A stretch of 64,000 nucleotides of DNA from the human T2T-CHM13v2.0 reference genome, Homo sapiens (GCA_009914755.4 CP068257.2:25856001-25920000), one strand, 5' to 3'; counted from the first letter of the stretch, positions 41,178 through 58,437 are shown. Notes: generated by a model from the sequence alone, not told the origin. Numbers and translations: made by a program.

Positions 41178-43941
41178 TGAGACTACAATGAACACCTCTA
41201 TGCATACAAACTAGAAAATCTAGAAAAAAATGGATAAATTCCTGCAAACATACAACCCCCTAAACTTGGATCAGGAGGAGATAGAAATCTTGAACAGACC
41301 AATAACAAGCAGTGAGATTTACTCAATAATAAAAAGTCTCCCAACAAAATAAAGTCCAGGACCAGATAGATTCACAGCTGAATTGAACCTGACATTCACA
41401 GAAGAATTGGTACCAATTACACTGAAACTATTTCAAGTGATTGAGAAGGAGGCAAATTCTCATTAACCCATTCTATGAAGTCACTATCACACTGATACCA
41501 AAGCCAGGAAAAGGCATCACAGCAACAACAACAACATCATCAAGAAATTACAGACCAATATCCCTATTAAACATAGAGGCAAAAATACTCAAGAAAATAC
41601 TAGTCAACCAAACCCAACAGTACATCAAGCAGATAATTCATTATCAATAAGTGAGTTTCATCTCTGACATGGTTCAATATACACGAGTCAATAAAAGTGA
41701 TTCACCACGTAAATAGAATCAAAAACAAAAAGCATGATTATCTCAATAGACACAGGAAAAGCATTTGATAAAATCCAGCATCCCACTCCTTTATTGTAAA
41801 AACCCTGAACAGACTATGCAGAGAAGGAACATACCTCAAAATAATAACAGCCATCTATGACAAACCCACAGCCAACATCGTATTGAAGGGTAAAGTTGAA
41901 AACATTTCTGCTAAAAACTAGAACAAGGCAAGGATGCCCATTTTCTCCACTTCTATTTAACATCGTACTGGAAGTCCTAGCCAGAACAATCCGGCAAAAT
42001 AAAGAAATAATGCTCACACCAATTGGAGAAGATGCGTCAAACAATCTGTTTGTGGATGCTATAATCTCATACCTAGAAAACCCTAAAGACTCTCCAAAAG
42101 ACTCCCAAATTTGATAAATAAATTCAGTAAAGTATCAGGTTAAAAAAATTCAATGTACATAAGTCAGTAGCACTACTACACAGCAATAATAACCAAACAT
42201 AATTAAATCAAGAACTCAATCCCATTTACAATATTTACAAATAAAATGAAATACCTAGGAATATACTTAAGCAAAGAGGTGAATTATTTCCATAAGGAGA
42301 ATGACAAAACACTGATAAAATAAATCGTAGATGACACATACAAATTGAAAACCATCCCATGCTCATAGATTATAGGGATAAATATTGTAAAAATGACCAT
42401 ACTACCCAAAGCAATCTAAAGATTCCATACAATTCCTACCAAAATACCTATGTCACCTATCCACAAAATTAAAAAGATAGTGGTGAAATTTATATGGAAT
42501 AAAAAAGGGCCCAAATAGCAAAAGCAATCCTAAGCAATAAAAGCAAATCTGGAGGCATCACATTAACCAATTTTAAATTATGCTACAAGACTGTAGTAAC
42601 CAAAACAGCATGATAATGGTACAAAAGTAGACATATAGACCAAAGGAAAGGAATAGAAAAGAGATCCCAGAAATAGAGCCAAATACCTACAACCAACTTA
42701 TCTTCAGCAAAGAAGACAAAAACACACTGGGGAAAGGACACCCTATTCAATAAAATGCTGTGAAAACTGGATAATCACATGCAGATGAATAAAACTGGAT
42801 TCCTATCTCGCACCATATGCAGAAATTAACTCAGGATGAATTAAAGACATAAAACTAAGACCTGAAATCACAAAAATTCTAGACAAAAACCTAAGAAAAA
42901 CTCTTCTGGATATTGGCTTTGGCAAATAATGTATGACTAAGATCCCAAAGGCAAATGCAACAAAAACAAAAATAAATAAGTGGGACCTAATTAAACAAAA
43001 AGCTTCTGCACAACAAAATAATCAACAGAGTAAACCACCTACAGAATGGGAGAAAATATTTGCAAACCATACATCTGACAAAGGGCTAATCTCTAGAATC
43101 TACAAGGAACTTAAACAAATCAGCCAGAAAAATCAAATAATCTCATTAAAAAGTAGGCAAACACATGAAAAGATATTTCTAAAAAAAAAAAAGATATACA
43201 AATGGCCAAGAAACATGAAAAAATGCTCAACATTACTAATAATCAGAGAAATTCACATTAATACCACAGTGGGATTGTTCTTTACCCCAGCCATTATTTA
43301 AAAGTCAAGAAGCAATAGATGTTGTTTCTGATGTGAAAGGGAACGCTTATACACTGCTGATGGCAATGTAAATTACTAAAACTTCTATGGAATGCAGTGT
43401 GGAGATTTCTCAAAGAACTAAAAATAGACCTATCATTTTTTCCAACTATCCTTTTACTGGGTATCTACTCAAAGGAAAATAACGAATTATATCAAAAAGA
43501 CACTGGACACATATGTTTATCATGGCACAATTTACAGTTGCAAAGGTGTAGAATAGACTTAAATGCCCATCAACCAATGACTGAATAAAGAAAATGTGGT
43601 GTATGTATGTATATGCACCAAGGTTACTACCTTAGCCGTAAACAGAACAAAATGATTTTTTTTTTGTATATGCACCATGGACTACTACCTTAGCCATAAA
43701 TAGAACAAAATAATTTTTTTTTTGTAGCAACTTGGATGGAACTGGAGACTATAATCCTAAGTTAATTTACTCAGGAATAGAAAACAAAATACTATATACT
43801 ACATGTTCTCATTTATAGGTGGAAGCTAACTATGGGCACACAAAGGCATACAGTGTGTTGTAATGGATATTAGAACCTCAGAAGGGGGAAAGGAAGGAAG
43901 AGAATTACACAAGAAAAATTACCTATTGGGTCGAATAATCC

Positions 43942-44257
43942 TTTTTTTTTTTTTTTTTTGAGATGGAGTCTCACTCTATTGCCCAGGCTGGAGTGCAGTG
44001 GCAAGATCTTGACTTACTGCAACCTCCGCCTCTGGGTTCAAGCGATTCTCCTGCCTCAGCCTCCTGAGTAGCTGGGATTACATGCACCTACCACCATGCC
44101 TGGCTAATTTTTTTTGTTGTTGTTTTTTGTATTTGTAGTAGAGACAGGGTTTCACCATGTTGGCCAGGCTGGTCTTAATCTTCTCACCTCAAGTGATCTG
44201 CCTGCCTCAGCCTCCCAAAGTGCTGGGATTACAGGTGTGAGCCACTGCGCCCAGCCA
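43942..44257 (-). mobile_element. Alu element (AluS-like), antisense, nested in the L1 3' region
   Basis: 18-nt T-run, then gagatggagtctcactctattgcccaggctggagtgcagtggcaagatcttgacttactgcaacctccgcc…cctcccaaagtgctgggattacaggtgtgagccactgcgcccagcc. Confidence 0.9.
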
Positions 44258-44747
44258 GGGGATGGATATTCTCAAAGTCCAGACATCACCACCACACAAT
44301 TCATACATGTAACCAAAAAACATTTGTATACCTGATGGTATTATAATAAAAAGACTAATAAGAAAATGTTGGTAAAGATTTATTTGACTTTTAGATAGAG
44401 ATCTTTATTTAAAACACAAAGTCTGAAAAGATATAATTAATCAAGACTGAAAAAAGACAGAAGGATGATTGTATAAAAAATCCTACTTCATAAAAATATG
44501 GTTGAATAATCACAAAGAGGTACAGATACATACTTACTAGACAGTTAAAGATATAGAGCCACCGTTTTCTTATACATTGCCAATGAAGTATAATTGGTTC
44601 AACTTTGGAACATATTTTGACATTATCTACTAAGGAAAAAGATATACAGTTCTTAGAACATAGCAATTTCACCAACTAATAATATTATTCTAGTATTGTC
44701 AAGGAGAGAAATGTGACATTGTTTTTCATTTAAAAAAAAAAAAAAGA

Positions 44748-46125
<1,378 letters not shown>

Positions 46126-46249
46126 ATGTTTTGTTCTTTAGAAGGTGTTCTAATCTAGCCAGTGCTAGGAAGCCAGCTTACTCAAGGGTTAATGGACAAA
46201 TGCTTTGAGGCATATAACATAGAAGATTCAACAAATTTATTTTTTAAAC

Positions 46250-47770
<1,521 letters not shown>

Positions 47771-47806
47771 AAGTTTGGCTTTGTTTTAGGATACCAAGTA
47801 AACAGG

Positions 47807-47842
47807 TTTTTTTGTTTGTTTGTTTGTTTGTTTGTTTGTTTT
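47807..47842. repeat. (GTTT)n microsatellite, about 8 units
   Basis: Direct read of the sequence. Confidence 0.9.
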
Positions 47843-50800
47843 AAAAGGGAAGGCCATATAACGTTGACTGCATTATGTCTATGCTTGGGACACAGGGTAT
47901 TTCCATCTGGCAGTTAATTATTCAAAGAATAATAATTTTATAATGGTATAAAGTCATCCAGACTATAAACAATACGGACACTTACAAAGTTGTTTTATAT
48001 GTTTAGTATAGTTTTGATACCCAAATCAGAATAGGACTATTTGTAATAAAGGAAGGTTACAGGTTTATCTGACTTTTGAAAAAATATTTTAATATTCTAC
48101 ATAACAAATGATAAGAAGATTTCCATAAAATCCATCATAACCCAGAAGTTTAAGGATGATTTTCTAAACAAGTTACAGGCATGCCTACCTAATATTACAC
48201 CCCATTTTCTACTTGCCAATGAAAGCTGTTTATTTAGTAAGTAATTCCTTTTTTTTATTTCTCTTTCTCGTCTTCCTTTGCAAGCATGCAATTTGAACAT
48301 ATTTGTGGCCAGTGAGATGTTATCAAATCTGGTTGGGCATTTGCATGAAAAGGTTGTTCTCTCTCAATGAAATGAAACAGGTTCTGGGACCACGCTTCCT
48401 TGTCTCTTCTTTTTTTTTGAATAATGGCATGTTCTCCAAAGCTCTAGTAGCTACCTTCAAACACTTAGGTAAAAGCATGAGGGTGAAATCATAATAAGTT
48501 AAGCATGGTACAGTGAAAAGATGACAAAAGCCTTGATCCCTTATCTCATGTTTAAGAAACGATCTGCTTCATCTACTGCCATCTTTCAACTTACTCTCAC
48601 TTGAAGAAAAAAACAAATACTTCAGTCATTGTTAGTTTTATTTAATGGCAGCTGGCAGCACTCTTAACTGATTAAAAATATGTATCATGAACAAATGCTA
48701 TTCTCCATACTAATGGATCTGATGGATGAAATCCAGATGGTCATGTCAATAGATGTAGAGAAAAAATTCTTCTTTAAAAAAAGAAGAGCAATTTATAATT
48801 TAGACAAATGTAATGTAGGAATCAAGAAAAAAAAAACTCTCTAAATCTGATAAAGAGCATTAGCTTGAAACCTGAAGCAAACATAATTAATCGAGGAATA
48901 TTTGCAGCATTAGCCTTGAAACCATAAAGTGAATTTACACAACACACAACACGTGCTGTAAAACATGACTATACCAAAATAATGCTTACTTATTAAAGTA
49001 AATGGATGCTGAATGAGGTATTTACTCTTTTTTCTCAATGTTTTGACTGAAGTTCGAAACAATAAGAATATTGGAGAACCACATCAATATTTGTAAGAGA
49101 TGTGCAGTTAGACCGTGGCATGCACAACTTGCTAAACTATAGCTAATCTTCATTAAATCCATTAAAAAACAGCTGACCACACTCCCTAATTCCATAGAAG
49201 AGAAAGTGTAGATTATCCACAAACCGTAACTATTTTTTCTTAGTTCTCTCTAGGGTCAAAATGGGAGATTTTCTGGAGCTTCGTGAAATGGAAGGAAGTT
49301 GCCTGCATTTCCAATGTTTGTTATGGCCAGCAGAGCCACCCAGCTGTACAACTCCATGATGCATTCTTTCAACTTGTTCAGTGCACAATCCCATAAACTA
49401 TGAAGCAAGTATGCTTTGACATGAATGCATGTGTTTCCTCTGGGCCAAGAAAATGCCATGGAACATAACTGGAATGAACTGTCTTGATATGGTCCCAAAC
49501 TGGAAAGCTAGCTTCCTGAGCTACCTCTATCTGGAGGGATATTTCCAGAAGGCAGAAGATAAAAGTGGGTTATAAGAGGCTACCACTTATAAACTTCAGC
49601 GGTGAATCGGGGAATTCCAGTGTGTACACACCTATGGGAGAGATTCTGAAGACTCCATTGACAGAGGCCTTGGAAAAGAAAGTATTTGGATGCTTGTCAC
49701 ACTCAGAGATATTGACAAGGAAGGCAGGTCTGCAAAAAACCCTACTTAGATATAAAGAATTTTGCCCTGTTTCTAAGTATTCTTTTACTCTCAATTAAGG
49801 AGGATCTGGAATATCAACAAAAGAGAAGAAGTAGACAATAAAACAAAATCACAATGTGAGAGAAGCAAAACCCGGGGTTTTAACCAGTTCTCTGAAATGG
49901 GTTCCATAGCTATGACCTCAACTGAAAGGGAGAGAAGACGCGTTACATTAAATATAAGCTTGAGGTTTTGGGTTAAACTGGTAATTTCAACCCCTGAAGA
50001 GTAATGGTAATTATCAAAAATGAACTTATATTTGTAACTGTGACTCAAAAGCCAGGGACTTTTCTGAGTTTTTGCTATGCAGGGACAGATAAAAGAGGTT
50101 TGACACAACACATAGGAGTTAATGAAAGGAGGAAAAATAAACTAAGTTTTGATAGCATTTAAATCAGTTCAGAAATTTCAAAACCTGGGAAAATTTTAAC
50201 TCCAAATATTTTTTAGAGACTTTAAACATGCTAACATGTTAATCTGTTTATTTTGAATAAACAATATCAGACTTAATTTATATATGAATAATAAAACATG
50301 CATTTAATTTTCTATAGTCAGAATGAAAGTTAAAACAACAAATAGTTGTGTGATTCCTAGTTTATTTCTTTGCCTTCTAAATACATTTGACAAATCATCT
50401 ATTCTGTCTGGTTTCTTATCTCAAATTCAATATTTCCATTAAGGGGTTAAATCTTTATTTGGGTCAAGACGGACAATTAAATCATCTAAGCTCACTGTCA
50501 AATTTACTGATGCCATGAGTGAATGTGTGGGACATTTGGCTTCAGCAGTCAGCAAACGTCAGGGGACTGATATTTTCTTTCATATGCCATCTTTTCAGTC
50601 ATATAGGATTAGAGGTTTGGAGTCTTTCAGATGCACATTGGATACATAGAGTTATATTAAAGGGATTTCCTTTCTTTCAAGTGGGCTCAGTAATAGGGAA
50701 AAATAAGAATTTTTTCAATATCTCATTTTATTGCAAATGTGGATTTTAGGACCATGATGATTAAATAAGCAAGTGAATGAGGTTGAGATTATAAGGTTGA

Positions 50801-53800
50801 AAGCCATCTCTGCTATTCGCAAAGGAAAGAAGAAGGCAGAGGTGGGGGTGGGGCAGAGAAGAAGGCTAGGAGGAGAGGACATGGCTGAAGGAGGAGATCA
50901 TGGACTGGCATTCTGAATACTGGAACCAAATGCTTTTGAATGACATAACTGGGTTTGTGCTATAAAATCAGATGTTCTTCTGGTTTCTGAGTGTCATATG
51001 TTCACTGAAAAGCATTAGAAATAATAACAAAATAATTAATTTAATCAGCAGTCCATCCAGTTTCATAACAGATATTGAATTACTAAATCCTGTTTCTGAA
51101 TTTTACCCCTCTGGTCGAATATAAAATGAATAGGGAAATTATTTTCACCGCTGAAGTTTATTATAGATATTCTCTGAACTTTGCTGCCCATTCAGAAGAT
51201 CTTACCCTCTCAGTTATTGGCTATGTCTGAAGAGAAGCCTGTGGTGTTGTCATGAAAGCTGCGAAGACCCGTAAGTGAAAGAGATGAATATTAACCAAAT
51301 GCCAAGAGCAAAGCAAATTATGTTTAGGTTAGGACCGTGTAACAACTTGGTTCCACTCATTTACAGTGGCTGTTCAAATTGATGAGCTGAAATGTTTATA
51401 TGCTGATATCAACTCTGCCCTGGTTGATTTTTATTCTAGGGTATTTGCAGAGTTCCCACTTTCAAATGCACGTAGAGAAAATAATCCCCATCAGGACATC
51501 TGGCATTGTTTTTAAACTATCACTTCACTCAGCCTTTGACTGCTAATTTGTTTTTCTTTCTAACTTGTTTAATTTGGAACAATCTTGTTGTAGTCTTTAC
51601 AGCCTCTCTGTGGTGTTTCTTCATTGTAAAAAACAATATGAAATGCAATACAAAGTCTTCCACCACTCACTCCATGAAGCATGCACTATAATATAAAACA
51701 GACAGGTTGCCAATGATGGGCATCCAATAGCCTATTATTTATTAATCTTTAGCATTGATATAAAAGAAGGAATAAATATATTATTTGGTAATTAACCATA
51801 TTCTTCTGCTCCTGAATTCTAAATTTTTGAGAGGCCTTGATAATCAAAAATCAATAATACTTTACTTAATTATAAATTCTGGTTCACTTTGAAAAATGGT
51901 AGAGATTATTATATTTTTCAATTGTTTGAAACGATAAATTGTTCATTGGACTGAACAACGTGTCTTTTTCTCTTCAAATAATTTTATTTCCCCAATCTCC
52001 ATGTAACCTTTATATATGGAAGTCGCACGCTAGAAACATGGATAATCATGTCATTCATCTCCTGATTGATTCAGATTTATTAATAATGGTACTTATGAGT
52101 ATTAAAGGTATTTGACTTCCATCATCCACTACTGTGGTAGTTATGCTACTGCCCTATTTTTAAAAACCTAAATTCTAAAATCATTTTGATCAACCTCCAA
52201 CCATGGACAAATTACTTCATACTTGGCTGTATGTACCTATTAAAAGATATACTATACAGTGCAATATGTCATCCAATGTTTTATCTGAAAATATGTATTC
52301 CAACTATAGTAGGTTACCAGGGGATCTAAAATGCCATATTATTTCAAAATCGAAGACATGTAGTTCATTTTAGTTAATGATTTTTAGAATTCAAGATTAG
52401 ATATGGATCAGTCTACACTATTAAGTTTATTACATTAAGTCATCAGGAGAATAAGTAAAAGGGTGTTTTGCTTGTGGGAAAAAAAAAGAGACAAAAATAT
52501 GTCTGGTTTTCAATTAGATAAAACCTTCAAACTGCTCAAGGCATGGTCTTTATTGATTTAAAAATAAAACCCAAAGTAATACATTATATATTCCTATTTA
52601 ATTATGTATAAATATGATGGACTTAAAACATTAACTTTATTTCTTCTTATTTATGATCAGTTTAACTACAAATATAAGCTGTACCTTTGCATATCAAGTC
52701 CTATATTAAAAGATTATTCTTTTTGAGATTTAAAGAGCACATTTATAATATTTAATTAACTGTAGGAGGACTATTTTTGTAGATTTTGCAATTTGTTTCT
52801 CAGTTTAATATAATAGATTTTAATTAAAAATGTAGTTTCTATTCATTGGTGAGTATTGCATTATTCATCACCAGGGTACAGGATCTAACAAATATGTAAC
52901 ATTTTAAAATAGCAGTGTTGTCACATACTTTAGGGGCTCGATATTAAGTAGAAGGTGTTGTTTAATAATAGTAAAGGGAAAGACAAATAATTGTTTTTCT
53001 AGTCTAATTTGTTTTTGATATTCATAGTAAAAATCTCCTTTGGCTTCTATGATAAATACATATTTATCAACTGCCTTCCTTAGAGTATAAAGTAAAACAA
53101 AGAACTCTTGCCATGTCCCTAATCTAAAGTAAACCTGGTCATAAGCCAAATTATTCTGAAGTGCCTGCTAAATTTGGATCTTAGAATATTTGCCAAATGT
53201 GTAACTTGCCTTAACTGTGTATATTGTACAGTCAAATGTCAACAGTGTAGTTACATTGCTAAAAACCTTGGCTTTCAGCCTCATCTTGCAATTGAGTGCA
53301 GACATAACATATGAAAAATACATTTTATATAATCTAGTGTCAGTGGGCATGGTTACTATGATAAAATTAAATATCAACAAATAAAAAATAGGCCTTTGCA
53401 CTAAAGCCATGCTTTGTCTTTCAGTAATATTAGATGTTAGTGAGAAAAATGTTTTCCTTTAAATGATGCAAAGATTAAGTAAAGAAACTTGCAGAACCTA
53501 TTATACTTGTTCTCAAATTTGGAGTTCTAAAACACAATGTTCATGAATAGGTTATAGAAGTACAACAAAATTATCAGGGACTTTAATGGAGGTTCAATGA
53601 GGGAAAAATATATGCGTGTCCATCCAAAAAAGCAATTCTATTATTTTGGGGATGGTGAAACATTGTTTGGAAATGAAAACAATTATGAAGATAAAGCTTT
53701 CATCTTTCCAGCCCAACCAGTTAACTTAACATTTTAGACTAAAATTTGGTGCAAAAAGTTGCCATGTTTTCTAAACTTACTAATAGTTATATTACCTATT

Positions 53801-53938
53801 TACAAAGTGCTGCTTTAATATTTTAAAGCCATATTAAATTTATTTATACTAGCAATTTTTCAGCCTAATTCCAAGGATGATACTCAGGGTGTTATGAATC
53901 TTTTCTGAATGCCTGCAAAATTTTGATAGAATAGGCTT

Positions 53939-56243
53939 TGTATTAGTTTGTTCTCATGCTACTAATAAAGACTTAACTGAGAATGGATAATTTATAAAGG
54001 AAAGAGGTTTAATGGACTCACAGTTCCACATGGCTGGAGAGGCTTCCCAATCATGGCAGAAGATGAAGGAAGAGCAAGGGACGTCTTACATGGCAGCTAG
54101 CAAGAGAGTGTGTGCAGGGGAACGCTTCTTTATAAAACCATCAGATCTCTTGAGACTTATTCACTACCATGAGAACAGCACAGGAAAGACCTTCCCCCAT
54201 GATTCAATTACCTCCCCCTAGAAACCTCCCATGACACATGGGAATTATGGGACCTACAATTCAAGATGAGATTTGGGTAGGGACAGAGCCAAACGATATC
54301 ATTCTGCCCCTGGCCCCTCCCAAATCTCATGTCCTCACATTTCAAAATGAATCATGTCTTCTCAACAGTCCCCCAAAGTCTTAACTCATTTCAGCATTAA
54401 CTCAAAAGTCCACAGTCCAAAGTTTCATCTGACAAAAAGCAAGTTCCTGCCACCTATAAGCTTGTAAAATCAAAAGCAATTAATTATCTTCCAGATAAAA
54501 TGGGAGTACAGGCATTGGGTAAGTGTACCTGTTCCAAATAGGAGCAATTGGCCAAAACAAAGGGGTTACAAGGCCCACGTAAGTCTTAAATTTAGTAAGG
54601 CTGTAATTAAACCCTAAAGTTCCAAAATGATCTCCTTTCATTCCAAGTCTCATATCCAGTTTACCCTGATGCAAGAGGTGAGTTTCCATGGCTTTGGGCA
54701 GCTCCACCCCTATGACTTTGCAGGGCACAGCTTCCCTCCTGTCTGCTTTCACAGACTGGCATTGAGTGCCTGTGGCTTTTCTAGGTGCACAGTACAAGCT
54801 GTTGGTGAATCTACCATTCTTGGGTCTGGAGGATGGTGGCCTTCTTCCCACAGCTCCACTAGGCAGTGCTCCAGTAGGGACTCTGTGTAGTGGCTCCAAC
54901 TCCACATTTCCCTTCCACACTGCCCTAGCAGAGGTTCTCCATGAGAGCTCCTCCCCTGCAGCAAACTTCTGCCTAGACATCCCAGTGTTTCCATATATCC
55001 ACTGAAATCTAGGTGGAGATTCCAAAACCTCAATTCTAGACTTTTGTGTACCCACAGACTTAACACCACATGGAAACTGAAAAGCTTGGGGCTTGCACCC
55101 TCTGAAGCCATGGCCTGAGTTGTACCTTGGCTCCTTATAGCCACAGCTGGAGCAGTTGGGATGCAGAACACCAAGTCCCTCGGCTGCACACAGCAGCGGG
55201 GCTGTGGGCCAGGCCCACAAAACAATTTTTTTCTCCCAGCCCTCCAGTGCTGTGATGGGAGGGGCTGCTTGGAGGGTCTCTGACATGCCCTGGAGACATT
55301 TTCCCCATTGTCTTGGCAATTAACATTTGGCTCCTCATTAGGCAAATTTCTGCAGCCAGCTTGAACTTCTCCTCAGAAGATGTTTTTTTTTTTTTTCTAT
55401 CACATCATCAGGCTGCACATTTTCTGAATTTTTATACTCTGCTTCTGTTTTAAACATAAGTTCCAATTCCAAACCATATCTTTGAGAATACATAAAACTG
55501 AATGCTTTTAACAGCACCCAAGTCACATCTTGAATGCTTTACTGCTTAGAAATTTTTTTCCACCAGATGTCCTAAATCACCTCTCTCAAGTTCAAAGTTC
55601 CATGACTCTCTAGGGCAGGGGCAAAATTTCACCAGCCTCTTTGCTAAAACATAACAAGAGTCACCTTTATTCCAGTTCCCAACAAGTTCCTCATCTCCAT
55701 CTGAGATGAGCTGCATTTAGTCAAAGTCATTCAACAAGTCTCTACAAAGTTGCAAACTTTCCCATATCATCCTGTCCGCTTCTGAGCCCCCCAAACTGTT
55801 CCAATCTGTGCCTGTTACCCAGTTCCAAAGTCACTTCTACATTTTAGGGTATCTTTAGAGCAGCATCCCACTACCTGGTACCAATTTACTGTTAGTCTAT
55901 TTTCATGCTGCTAATAAGGGCATACCTGAGACTGGGTAATTTATAAAGGAAAGAGATTTAGTTGACTCACAGCTCCAAATGGCAGAACTAATCATGGTGA
56001 AAGGAGAAGGAAGAGCAAAGGGACATCTTACGTGGTGTTAGGCAAGAGAGCGTGTGCAGGGTAACTCTCCTTTATAAAACCATCAGATCTCCTGAGACTT
56101 TCTTACTATCTCAAGAATAGCACAGGAAAGACCCACCCCCATTATTCATTTACCTCCCACCGGATCTCTTCCACAACATGTGGGAATTATGGGAGCTACA
56201 ATTCAAGATGAGATTTGGGTGGGAACACAGCCAAACCATATCA
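53939..56243 (-). mobile_element. Complete ERVL-MaLR element (MST/THE1-like LTR, non-coding internal region, LTR; 2.3 kb), antisense, flanked by a perfect 5-bp TSD (GGCTT)
   Basis: The left LTR is 53939-54301 (tgtattagtttgttctcatgctactaataaag…gagccaaacgatatca). The internal region is 54302-55888; it starts aaatctcatgtcctcacatttcaaaatgaatcatgtcttctcaacagtcccccaaagtcttaactcatttcag… and ends …cccactacctggtaccaattta (PBS region). The right LTR is 55889-56243 (ctgttagtctattttcatgctgctaataag…cacagccaaaccatatca). ggctt lies at 53934-53938 and 56244-56248. The two LTRs are roughly 80-85% identical by eye, so the element is old. The 279-aa and 198-aa track ORFs at 54480-55345 fall in the non-coding internal part. 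Confidence 0.8.
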
Positions 56244-57956
56244 GGCTTGTATATATTGGTTTAGGGTAAGAGATGGGGGTTAGAAAATCTAAATTCTTCA
56301 TCACAGTCTTCAGTAGATTTTGACCCATTCAAAAGCTAAGAATCACTAGTATGTTCCATTCTATTCTGATACTTGGCTGCTTCTGTCATTATACTCTTCT
56401 ACCATTATCCTTCCTTAAAAAGTTATTTTGCTGTAGGCAGATATTCTGAGTAGTTGAAACGAAAGTTTCAGTCTTAAATGTTTTCTCCATGATGTAATTT
56501 AATAGTGATCTGGGTAAAACTTAAAACACCACTTTTAATAGAGTGATACCCTAATAAAATACACTTTCATGGAGCTTTGTTAAATATGTCTGCAACAGTG
56601 TGCTACTGTTTTTAAAAACATTTTCTATTTTATATTATACAGATATGAGAAAACTGCCATTCTAACAATTACAATGAGCTCAAATGCCTTCAGTCTTAGA
56701 ACAAAACCAGATGAAAATTATTGTTACTTAAAAAAAAATAGATCTTTTAAAATGAACTCTTCCTCCCACTCCAAATTTCTCCATTGTGATGTAACTTAAA
56801 TATTGCTGTTTCTTTAGTAAAAAAATTAAAAAAGACACGTTTTGATTATTTTCATAATTAATATATTAGTAGCAATATTTTTCTAATTGCCATTACTCTT
56901 TTGTACTTTGTTATTTTTGCTGTCTTTAACCTAGACATTGGGAAAGAAAATTTTAAAAAATGTTTTTAACAGCTTCTTTAGGAGCCCAGTTCATGCTTAG
57001 TACAGTCATCAAAAATTCTACTAAGCTTCACAAACTATTATATAGATTTTTATAATACCTAGTTTCTTAAAAAAGGAATTAGATTACAGAAATTTGGGCT
57101 TAAAATATTTTAACTTTTTATTTTGGGATAACTTTAGATTTACAGAAGAGTTACAAAACCAGTGCAAAGAAATCTAGTGTAACTGTCAACCAGATTCTCT
57201 CTATGTTAACACTTAACATAATCAAAGAGTTGCTAAAGAAAATAACTCCAGTACCTTTATTGTAACTAAACTACTAACTTTTTTTGGTGGGATGTGGGGT
57301 TCACTAGTTTTCCCAGTCATGCTCCTTTTCTCTTCCTAGCTCCCATCTAGTATCCCATGTATTTATTTGACATGTATGCTATGTTCTTTCTATCTGTGAC
57401 AGTCCTTCAGTCTTTCCTTGTCTTTTATGACCTTGACACTTTTGATTAGGCTTGTAAGTTATTTTATAGAATGTCTGTTAATGTGCACCTGCCTGGTGTT
57501 TCCTCATGATTATACTACGGTTATGAATTATCGGGAAGGATACTATCAAGGCGATGTGCCATTCTCTCCACCTCATATCAGTAGATACATGATATTGATA
57601 TGTATTACTGGTAATGTTAACTTTGATTAATTAGTTAAAATGATACCATGTGGATTCTACAACTAAAATAACTATGCTTCCCTTTATACTTATGAAATAT
57701 TTGGGTATAGTGGGGAGATTCTTTGAGTTTACAAGCATCTTGTTTCCACTTAAACTTCTACTCACTAATTTCAGTATCCATGGGTGGGTCTTGTCTGCAA
57801 CTGTGATGTTCTAATAGTGATGCTCTATTTACCCCATTTCTTCTACATTTATTAGTTAAGATTCTTTTGTAAGGAAGGAATGTTCCCTCTCTGTTATTAT
57901 TTACATATTCTGTTTCTTATAACATCAACATGGAATCATGTGTGATTGTGCTATTA

Positions 57957-58175
57957 CTGAAAAAGAATATTTAGAAACCAAAAACTGGGGGTTAAGTGGG
58001 CTCATTGCTAGTGGAATTTCACTGCTTTTATTAACTCTTGATGAATAGAGACAGGAAATATATGTATGTGTATTACTGCATGCATTCACACCTATCTGTC
58101 ACACACGTGAGCATGTGCGCGCACGCACACACACACACAAATTCATTTCAGCACCACAGGTGTCATTCTTCAAAC
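57957..58175. repeat. Copy A of a roughly 210-bp locally duplicated segment (family unknown)
   Basis: aaaaagaatatttagaaaccaaaaactgggggttaagtgggctcattgctagtggaatttcactgcttttattaactcttgatgaatagagacaggaaatatatgtatgtgtattactgcatgcattcacacctatctgtcacacacg… aligns with 58438-58640 at roughly 80-85% identity. Confidence 0.6.
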
Positions 58176-58437
58176 TATATTTAGTTGTTGTTGTTATTCA
58201 CATTGTTCAGTTACAGCAACAGGATTCTATGAAGTTGGTGCTTTCATCTGGGCTCTTATAGCCTTTCCACATGCTCCCATCCTTTTCTGTTTTTATTTGT
58301 TGGCTTTGGGCACTTTCTTAACTTCAAGTAAGAAAGCAATTTTAGTAGCCACAAGATTCTCCAGGCTCACTTTATATTTTCCCTGCCCCTTCTCTGAGAT
58401 CTTCCATATCTCCTAGAAGTTCTGACTCTTTTTGTTG

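Noticed and set aside
54480-55345. The two longest ORFs in the window (279 aa and 198 aa, minus strand, overlapping in different frames)
   Set aside because: They lie wholly inside the non-coding internal region of the MaLR element at 53939-56243. The sequence matches the THE1/MST-int consensus, which encodes no protein. Two overlapping frames being open is typical of GC-richer repeat interiors.
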